Shown one piece after another: positions 57,602 to 64,000 of a stretch of 64,000 nucleotides of DNA. The stretch is taken from positions 40 through 64,039 of the forward strand of contig JAURCJ010000009.1 in NCBI GenBank assembly GCA_030828505.1. Direction: 5' to 3'. The position numbers were made by a program, and so were the translations under genes. Within the stretch, counting starts at the first letter, position 1. Each line of letters begins with the position of its first letter. The notes beneath the pieces were generated by a model. That model worked only from the letters and a program-made list of their open reading frames with translations, ran no database searches and was not told the origin of the DNA. The stretch comes from Alphaproteobacteria bacterium (GTDB taxonomy: Bacteria; Pseudomonadota; Alphaproteobacteria; TMED109).

Positions 57602-58420
57602 TTATTTATTATCAGAACCAAGAGAAATAGTCCTAATATGATTAGAATCTTTGGGCATAGCTCCTACTCCCTGCGATAATAATAATTTTCCTTCTACTAT
57701 TTTATTCTCTAAAACTCCTAAATTTTCTACTTCTACTTTAACTACTGATCCAGGTTCTACTGGTCTAGAATTTTCTGGAGTACCCGTAAGAATTAAATCC
57801 CCCTTATTTAAAGTAATAGACTTTGACAAATCTGTTAGTAAATACTCTGGAGACCATAACATATCATTAGTATTCGATTTCTGAACTATTGTATCATCAA
57901 CGTAAGTTGTAATATTTTTATTTCTATAGTCCCAATTTATAGCTATATCAGGTCCTACAGAACCTAAAGTATCTGACCCTTTAACTCTAACCATACTATT
58001 TTCATCAGTATCTCTAAAATCGTGTAACCCGAAATCATTAGCTATTGTATACCCCATTATATATTCACTTGCATTATTTAGGTCTATATTTTTAGCCTTT
58101 TTTCCAACTACTAAAGCTATCTCCCCCTCATAATTTAAAAATTTGCATTCAGGTGGACGAATTACTTCACCTAAATGACTATTAATACAAGAGGTGGGTT
58201 TAAGAAAATATGTAGGTGCTTCTGGTTGAACTCTTTTAAGTTCATTTAATCTACTTCTGTAATTTAAATGTACGCAAATTATAACTTTGGGTTCAACAGG
58301 TGGTAAAAATTTATATCTTGATAAGTTATTATCTGAATTGCTTATTTCTTTATATGAGAAATTAAAACCACTCAAAACTTTAACTTCATCATTTATTTGT
58401 ATTCTTCTAATTGTTTTCAT
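57602..58420 (-). CDS. Fumarylacetoacetate hydrolase (FAH) family protein
   Basis: KVIICVHLNYRS, YFLKPTS, NYEGEIALVVGKKA, ANDFGLHDF, GDLILTGTP. Confidence 0.85.
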   Translation of the reverse strand: MKTIRRIQINDEVKVLSGFNFSYKEISNSDNNLSRYKFLPPVEPKVIICVHLNYRSRLNELKRVQPEAPTYFLKPTSCINSHLGEVIRPPECKFLNYEGEIALVVGKKAKNIDLNNASEYIMGYTIANDFGLHDFRDTDENSMVRVKGSDTLGSVGPDIAINWDYRNKNITTYVDDTIVQKSNTNDMLWSPEYLLTDLSKSITLNKGDLILTGTPENSRPVEPGSVVKVEVENLGVLENKIVEGKLLLSQGVGAMPKDSNHIRTISLGSDNK

Positions 58421-58555
58421 AAATATTTACCTTTAATAATTATCAATATTATATATTTTTAAAAAGCATATGATTAAGTTAAATAAACCCTATACATCAT
58501 AAAAAATTGTTCTTAGTATATTTTAAATAACAAATAATTTTTAAGGAAATAAAAA

Positions 58556-58708
58556 ATGAAATTTTTAATTATATTAGTGAGTTTATTATTTGTAAATTCA
58601 TGTTCTACATATGACTCTATAAAACAAAATGTTAACGATGCATACGAATGGACAAAAGAAACAGCAAAAGATACAGTTGATGGAGTAAATGAAGTAATTT
58701 CAGAATAA
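58556..58708 (+). CDS. Small lipoprotein (50 aa), absent from the supplied ORF track
   Basis: AAGGAAA lies 7 nt before the ATG. MKFLIILVSLLFVNSCSTYD... has a signal peptide plus a lipobox-like VNSC. TAA stop at 58706-58708. Confidence 0.55.
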   Translation: MKFLIILVSLLFVNSCSTYDSIKQNVNDAYEWTKETAKDTVDGVNEVISE

Positions 58709-58729
58709 TTAATTAAGGAGGAGTAAACT

Positions 58730-59623
58730 ATGGCAAGTCATGCAACTGGTGATGGCAATATACCATCTAGAGATGCAAATAATAAAGGACTTAAACGGAT
58801 TATGACAGTAGGGGGTAAATATGGAACCCGCAATTATACAGTTAAAGATTTAAGAGATCAAAAAGGTGTTAATACCTTAACAGAAACTGTACCATTTTCT
58901 ATAGAAGAAGCTTCTGCAGCTGAAGAAGCAGGAATTGATACTATGAAAGTAAGGTTTGACCCAAAAAACCCAGAACTTGCCATAGCGATTAGAAATGCAG
59001 CTCCCAATACTTTTATGGCATTTTCATGCCCATTAATCGCTGCTGCTACAAAAGATGAAGCGGTCAGGCTTGGGTATCAAGCAATGGAAATTGGAGCTGA
59101 TGCGGTTATGACACAATGGAGCCCTGAATTTATTGAAGCAGCGACAAAAGCTGGTATTCCTGTTCAAGGCCATGCAGGATTAGTCCCTAGAAAAAGTACT
59201 TGGACAGGAGGTTTAAAAGCTGTTGGAAAAACATTAAAAGAAGCTTTATGGATTTACAATCAAATCAAAAACTTTGAAAATGCTGGGGCTTACGCTGTTG
59301 AAGTAGAGGTGATACCCGAAAATCTTTTATTAGAAATAAGTAAAAAAACTTCACTTTTAACATCCTCAATTGGTGCAGGCAAAGGTGGAGATATTCAATT
59401 TTTATTTGCTGATGATATATTAGGAAATAATGGACCTCCATATGTTAGACATTCTAAGCAATATAAAAATCTATATAAATTAAAGCAAAAAATGCAATTA
59501 GAGAGAATAGACGGATTTAAACAATTTATAAATGAAGTTAAGTCAGGAGCATTTCCTAGTAAAGAACATATTATATCTTCCCCTGAAGGATTAATTGAGG
59601 ATTTTTTAAATAAAATAAAATGA
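58730..59623 (+). CDS. Ketopantoate hydroxymethyltransferase (PanB)-like / PEP-mutase-isocitrate-lyase superfamily enzyme
   Basis: GIPVQGHAGLVPRKSTWTGGLKAVGK...AGAYAVEVEVIPENLL...SIGAGKGGDIQFLFADDILG is colinear with PanB core motifs. GGAGG Shine-Dalgarno. Confidence 0.65.
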   Translation: MASHATGDGNIPSRDANNKGLKRIMTVGGKYGTRNYTVKDLRDQKGVNTLTETVPFSIEEASAAEEAGIDTMKVRFDPKNPELAIAIRNAAPNTFMAFSCPLIAAATKDEAVRLGYQAMEIGADAVMTQWSPEFIEAATKAGIPVQGHAGLVPRKSTWTGGLKAVGKTLKEALWIYNQIKNFENAGAYAVEVEVIPENLLLEISKKTSLLTSSIGAGKGGDIQFLFADDILGNNGPPYVRHSKQYKNLYKLKQKMQLERIDGFKQFINEVKSGAFPSKEHIISSPEGLIEDFLNKIK

Positions 59624-60435
59624 CAAAAATTTTAGATCAATCGCAAATAGAGTTTTTTAATCAAAATGGTTATCTATTTCCTATTAAAATAATGTCAAAA
59701 GAAAAAACTTTATTATATAGAAACAAACTAGAAAAATATGAAAAATCAAAAGGAAGCTTGATTTCTGGCAATGAACGTCATAAGTCTCATTTATTATTTC
59801 AATGGGTAAACGAAATAGTAAATAATAATAAAATTTTGGATATAGTGGAAGATATATTAGGTCCAAATTTATTATGCTGGAGTTCTAATTTTTTTATCAA
59901 AGAACCGAATGAAGATACTTTTGTATCATGGCATCAAGACTCAGAATATTGGGGGCTTGAACCAGACGATGTAGTAACTGCTTGGTTCGCACTTTCAGAT
60001 GCAAATATTAATACTGGCCCTATGGAAGTTATACCTAAAAGCCACAAATGGAAAAATATAAATCATAATGAAACTTTTAATGAAAAGAATTTATTAAGTA
60101 GAGGACAAGAATTAGATATAAATGCGTCAAATCATGACACTATAGCAATGCCATTAAATGCTGGAGAAATTTCATTACATCATGTTAAATTGGCACATTC
60201 ATCTAAAATAAATACCACTCAGGATAGGAGAATTGGTATTGCGATAAGGTACACTACTCCTGAAGTTAAGCAAACCAAAGCAATAAAAATTAAAGACTCA
60301 GCTCTTTTGGTAAGAGGAAAAGATAAATATAATAATTTTATCCAAGAAGTACCTCCAAAATTTGATTTAGATAGGGAAGCTATAGAAAATCATAGAATTA
60401 TTTCAGAAGCTCATAATAAAATTTTGATGAACTAA
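59620..60435 (+). CDS. Phytanoyl-CoA dioxygenase (PhyH) family Fe(II)/2OG oxygenase
   Basis: WHQDSEYW (HxD), a distal HHVKLAHSS His, and RRIGIAIRY. ATGA overlap with the upstream gene. Confidence 0.85.
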   Translation: MTKILDQSQIEFFNQNGYLFPIKIMSKEKTLLYRNKLEKYEKSKGSLISGNERHKSHLLFQWVNEIVNNNKILDIVEDILGPNLLCWSSNFFIKEPNEDTFVSWHQDSEYWGLEPDDVVTAWFALSDANINTGPMEVIPKSHKWKNINHNETFNEKNLLSRGQELDINASNHDTIAMPLNAGEISLHHVKLAHSSKINTTQDRRIGIAIRYTTPEVKQTKAIKIKDSALLVRGKDKYNNFIQEVPPKFDLDREAIENHRIISEAHNKILMN

Positions 60436-61625
60436 TTTTTACTTGTTTTTATGTGTATATCTTTTCTCTTATATATATCTTTATTTAATGATATACCCAG
60501 ACCATTCCCATCTGGAACTGTTATAAATCCATTTATAACCGGGGGTAAAGTATTTACTAGGTCAGCATACCACCCATAATAAAAAGCTCTAACCATTTCT
60601 TGAATATAACAATTAGAATTCGCTAATGCCAAGTGAGTGCTAGCTGTTAAAGTTACAGGTCCTGTACAATCATGAAATGCTATAGGAAGATGCCATATTT
60701 CAGCCATAGAAGAAACCTTATTAGCTTCTGAAAAGCCTCCTCCCCATGATATATCCATAATAATTTGAGAAAGCGAATTAAGTTCTAATAATGATCTATA
60801 ATCTGCTCTTCCTCCTCTAGTTTCTCCAACAGCTATAGGAGCCAATGTATTATTACAAACTTCTTCTATACTAGATAGATGATCCATAATTACAGGGTCT
60901 TCAATCCATAAAAGATTATATTCCTCTAATTCTCTACATATTTTAATTGCCTGTGGTTTATTCCACATAGAGTGTAATTCTGCCATAATATCAATCTTAT
61001 CACCCAGTTCTTTTCTGATTCTATTAAATGGTGTAAGAGCAATTTTCATATCCTCAGCAGAAATATTCTGACCTTGTGATTTCTCAGCTGCAAAATCAAA
61101 GGGCCAAATTTTCATAGCATTTATTCCAGAATCTAAAAGTGAATGCGCTAAATCTTCTGGGTTATTTAAAAATGCATCTAAATCCTCAAATTTTTCTCTA
61201 CTATTTAATCCAAAATTACTTGTTCCTTGAGTTGGTAACTTCCTAATATAATGCGGACCTGCACACGTATTATATACCCTAATTTTATCTCTAACCTTAC
61301 CTCCTAAAAGATTATAAATTGGCTGAGAAGTAAATTTCCCCCATATATCCCATAAAGCAATATCTATTGCAGATGCCCCTCTTCTTTCTGCAGAAGCTCC
61401 TATAAAACCTGTATATCCTATTAGGTTTTTCTGATGAGATTCGATATTTAAAGGATCTTTTCCTAGTAAATACGGCGCAATTATTTCATGTATATGAGCT
61501 TCTGCTGAAGCAGGACCATAAAATGTCTCTCCTAAACCTACAAGTCCATTATCAGTTTTTACTTCAACTAAAAGTAAATTCGGGAATTCTTCTATTCTTA
61601 GCGTATCAATTCTAGAAACTTTCAT
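60432..61625 (-). CDS. Enolase-superfamily enzyme (mandelate racemase/muconate lactonizing enzyme; acid-sugar dehydratase-like)
   Basis: The N-terminal capping domain has GLVGLGETF. Metal ligands appear in the contexts KIW.FD, LLWIEDP, GET. Confidence 0.85.
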   Translation of the reverse strand: MKVSRIDTLRIEEFPNLLLVEVKTDNGLVGLGETFYGPASAEAHIHEIIAPYLLGKDPLNIESHQKNLIGYTGFIGASAERRGASAIDIALWDIWGKFTSQPIYNLLGGKVRDKIRVYNTCAGPHYIRKLPTQGTSNFGLNSREKFEDLDAFLNNPEDLAHSLLDSGINAMKIWPFDFAAEKSQGQNISAEDMKIALTPFNRIRKELGDKIDIMAELHSMWNKPQAIKICRELEEYNLLWIEDPVIMDHLSSIEEVCNNTLAPIAVGETRGGRADYRSLLELNSLSQIIMDISWGGGFSEANKVSSMAEIWHLPIAFHDCTGPVTLTASTHLALANSNCYIQEMVRAFYYGWYADLVNTLPPVINGFITVPDGNGLGISLNKDIYKRKDIHIKTSKN

Positions 61626-61706
61626 AATGACTTCCTTATATTATAAATATATTATAACTAAAGCATAAATTATTTAAAAATTAAATTTTTATAAGGAATA
61701 ATCTCT

Positions 61707-62159
61707 ATGTTGAATATTAATGGAATTGCTCACATTGCTTTATCTGTAAAAAATGTAGAGAAATCAAAATTATTTTATAATGAATTATTACCCTTTCTTG
61801 GATTAAAAAAGGTACATGAAGCAAAAAAGTCTGTTTATCATGTTGGAGCTAGAACAGGATTAATGATTCAAGAAATTGATAATAATTCTAAAAGTATAGA
61901 ATTTAATCAAAACAATATAGGGCTTCACCATTTTTGCTTTAGAGCCAGAAATAAAAAAGATATAGATCTTCTAAATGATAAACTAAAAGAAATGAAAGCT
62001 AAAATTATCCGAGGACCGTTAGATGGTAATTGGGCTCCAGGTTATTACTATATTTTATTTGAAGATCCTGATGGAATAAGATTAGAAGTAAACTATGTTC
62101 CCGGAGAAGGCGTTTTAGATAAAAATAAAAAATTTAATGACAATAAAGATTATTTATAA
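61707..62159 (+). CDS. VOC (glyoxalase/bleomycin-resistance/extradiol dioxygenase) family protein
   Basis: INGIAHIALSVKN...GLHHFCF...FEDPDGIRLEV. Confidence 0.8.
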   Translation: MLNINGIAHIALSVKNVEKSKLFYNELLPFLGLKKVHEAKKSVYHVGARTGLMIQEIDNNSKSIEFNQNNIGLHHFCFRARNKKDIDLLNDKLKEMKAKIIRGPLDGNWAPGYYYILFEDPDGIRLEVNYVPGEGVLDKNKKFNDNKDYL

Positions 62160-62161
62160 AT

Positions 62162-62971
62162 ATGACCATATCTAAATCAGAAATAAAACATTATAAAATT
62201 AAAGGATATGTTACACCATCTTGGCAATTACCATCAAAACAAATTAATCATCTAAAAAAGAATATTAACATAATTATTGAAAATAATTCAAAAATTAGAC
62301 CGGAACAAATTGTATGCCCTCATATTGAGGGAGGTACTAAAGGAGAATTAAATAATAGCAATTATAAATATTTTCTAAAACTTGCTCATACAAATGAAAT
62401 TATAAATATGGTCAAACCTATTCTTGGCAATGATATAATACTGTGGGGCAGTCAGATTTTCAGTAAACCTGCCTTTGATGGCATGGAAGTGCCTATGCAT
62501 CAAGATTCATACTATTGGCCAATTGAACCTATGTCTACTTGTTCAGTTTGGATAGCAGCTGATAGAGCAACAAAAATTAATGGATGCTTAACAGTTATTG
62601 AAGGTTCTCATAATAGTGAAACTTATAAACATGTAATTAAGAATAATAAAACAGCCTTAAATGCAGCTATCGACGACAAATATATTAAAAATAAAATTAA
62701 AAAACACATTATATTAGAACCAGGCCAACTTTCTTTACATCATTCTAATTTGATTCACGGCTCTGATAAAAATAATTCACCTTATAGAAGAACAGGAATT
62801 GTATTTAGGTATATGTCATCAAAAAGCAAATTTAATAGAAAGGCAAAAAACCATAACCAGAAAGACGGACATAGTGTAAATTATAATAAAAGACCAATTT
62901 GGTTAATTAATGGAAATAAAAACAATAATACTTTAGTAAAAACTTTTTCTAAAAATAAGAATTTATTATAA
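62162..62971 (+). CDS. Phytanoyl-CoA dioxygenase (PhyH) family Fe(II)/2OG oxygenase, second copy
   Basis: MHQDSYYW (HxD), HHSNLIHGS, RRTGIVFRY. Starts 2 nt after the VOC gene. Confidence 0.85.
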   Translation: MTISKSEIKHYKIKGYVTPSWQLPSKQINHLKKNINIIIENNSKIRPEQIVCPHIEGGTKGELNNSNYKYFLKLAHTNEIINMVKPILGNDIILWGSQIFSKPAFDGMEVPMHQDSYYWPIEPMSTCSVWIAADRATKINGCLTVIEGSHNSETYKHVIKNNKTALNAAIDDKYIKNKIKKHIILEPGQLSLHHSNLIHGSDKNNSPYRRTGIVFRYMSSKSKFNRKAKNHNQKDGHSVNYNKRPIWLINGNKNNNTLVKTFSKNKNLL

Positions 62972-63021
62972 TTATATCATACAATAATCTTACTATTAAA
63001 GCACTTTAAGTTATATTAGTT

Positions 63022-63801
63022 TTAAACTACAGGACACATACCTCCATCAAGGTTGATTGCAGTTCCAGAAATATATGCACTTCTATCTGATGATAAAAAT
63101 GCAACTAAATTTGCATAATCAATCTCTTCTCCAACTTTCCCCATGGGAACTTTCTTAGATAATTCTTTATAAAAATTTTCTAAATCTGAATTATGAGCTT
63201 TTCTTTCCCATTGCGCACTTTTAATTAACCCTATACAAATAGCATTAACCCTAATGTTATATGGTGCAAATTCATTAGATAAAGATTTAGTTAAATTTAT
63301 ACCTGCAGCTCTAGTTACCGATGTTGGGAGTTGTGAAGATTTTGGTGCTTTACCTCCTCCAATTGTAGCATTTATAATTGAACCAGATTTTCTTGATTTC
63401 ATATTAGGTAAAACCAAGCGACACATTCTTACTGATGCCATTAACTTTAAATTAATATCTTCTAACCATTCCTGGTCAGAAACATCCTCAAAACTATAGG
63501 CAGCAGATGAACCCGCATTATTAACTAAAATATCAATATGATTTAGTTCTGAAATAACCTTTTTAATTAATTTTTCGCATTGGTCGGGATTTGTTACATC
63601 ACATTGAATATCTAAAATTTCATTTTTTGTTACTTCTTTGATTATGTTAGCTTTTTCTTTAAGATAATCTTTTCTTCTTCCACATATTACAACTATGGCC
63701 CCCTGTTCAGACAGTAGTTTTGCAGCAGCAAACCCCAAGCCGTCACTTCCTCCTGTAATAAGAGCCACTTTATTTTTTAAATTTAAATCAAACATAATCA
63801 T
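63022..63801 (-). CDS. SDR family oxidoreductase
   Basis: TGGSDGLGFAAA, NNAG. An active-site region is present, though the Tyr context is atypical. Confidence 0.85.
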   Translation of the reverse strand: MIMFDLNLKNKVALITGGSDGLGFAAAKLLSEQGAIVVICGRRKDYLKEKANIIKEVTKNEILDIQCDVTNPDQCEKLIKKVISELNHIDILVNNAGSSAAYSFEDVSDQEWLEDINLKLMASVRMCRLVLPNMKSRKSGSIINATIGGGKAPKSSQLPTSVTRAAGINLTKSLSNEFAPYNIRVNAICIGLIKSAQWERKAHNSDLENFYKELSKKVPMGKVGEEIDYANLVAFLSSDRSAYISGTAINLDGGMCPVV

Positions 63802-63857
63802 AATTTTCCTTCAAAAAATAAATTATATAGAGACTATTTGGCATAAGTATTATTAAA

Positions 63858-64000
63858 TTATCTTCCTAATTTTTTAATAATTAAATCTACCTTACTCTCA
63901 AAATCATGACCTTTTTTTATAAAAATTATATCAATTTGAATTAAAATATTATCTACTCTATGAAGCTCTACAATATCATAAACCCTATAACCTATATTCT
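63858..64000 (-). CDS. C-terminal 47 codons of an unidentified protein (gene continues beyond the window)
   Basis: The minus strand is open from the window edge: NIGYRVYDIVELHRVDNILIQIDIIFIKKGHDFESKVDLIIKKLGR, then TAA at 63858-63860. A 47-codon stop-free run is unusual in DNA this AT-rich. Confidence 0.35.
   Translation of the reverse strand, partial: NIGYRVYDIVELHRVDNILIQIDIIFIKKGHDFESKVDLIIKKLGR

Noticed and set aside
3890-63499. About 27 short ORFs (60-127 aa) from the six-frame track that lie antisense to, or inside, larger well-supported genes. Examples: 3890-4168, 5053-5304, 5418-5684, 9825-10202, 10368-10559, 11204-11389, 12403-12654, 15047-15430, 16998-17231, 17996-18205, 19828-20016, 24108-24320, 29720-29986, 29980-30180, 34200-34382, 34483-34680, 35578-35775, 41722-41967, 43643-43882, 44563-44784, 44995-45186, 46442-46639, 48678-48872, 49717-49980, 57651-57884, 59684-59866, 63254-63499
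   Set aside because: Each is fully or largely embedded in a gene with strong family motifs on the other strand. They have low-complexity or unrecognisable sequence and no ribosome-binding site that I could see. They are treated as shadow ORFs.
1-64000. Defence systems, toxin-antitoxin pairs, prophage, IS elements, rRNA
   Set aside because: None of the translated ORFs shows nuclease, ATPase-defence, integrase, transposase, capsid or TA-like motifs that I can recognise. Nearly every ORF has a confident metabolic, transport or regulatory assignment.

Overview
The window is AT-rich (roughly 30% GC by eye) and very gene-dense. Spacers are short and there are many 1-4 nt start/stop overlaps. This fits a streamlined marine alphaproteobacterium of the SAR11/Pelagibacterales type, but that is inference from style and gene content, not a search result. 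I found no rRNA, CRISPR array, transposase, integrase or phage gene.

Main content:
- **23 kb co-directional minus-strand block (14.1-37.4 kb).** It holds a complete urea system (urtABCDE-ureDABCEFG). Next comes an anchor-less succinate-dehydrogenase-like flavoprotein/Fe-S pair. Then a NicX-like 2,5-dihydroxypyridine-dioxygenase, hydrolase and FAD-monooxygenase trio. Last is a 2-aminobenzoyl/salicylyl-CoA-type aryl-CoA cluster.
- **Left flank.** Two tandem TetR paralogs precede a TauD-type dioxygenase and an NRAMP-fold transporter that lacks the canonical metal-site motifs.
- **Right part.** Flavocytochrome-c sulfide dehydrogenase genes, two family-III CoA-transferases, a DASS permease, bpt, two orphan TRAP binding proteins, tRNA-Val, a csp gene with a long leader, and an oxygenase/hydratase-rich cluster (54-64 kb).

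Observations most worth follow-up:
- A TTCTGT-N5-ACAGAA palindrome occurs at a TetR promoter and again 13 kb away in front of the NicX-like operon.
- The conserved N-terminus of ureD has no ATG/GTG/TTG start.
- Paired ATGATTAA-N3-TTAATCAT operators lie upstream of urtA.
- A tRNA-Asn 3' portion lacks its 5' half, which may be an integration scar.
- A dimethylglycine-dehydrogenase gene has collapsed by internal deletion.
- A 50-aa lipoprotein gene is missing from the ORF track.

All functional calls rest on motifs read by eye and on recalled family knowledge. No searches or computations were run.
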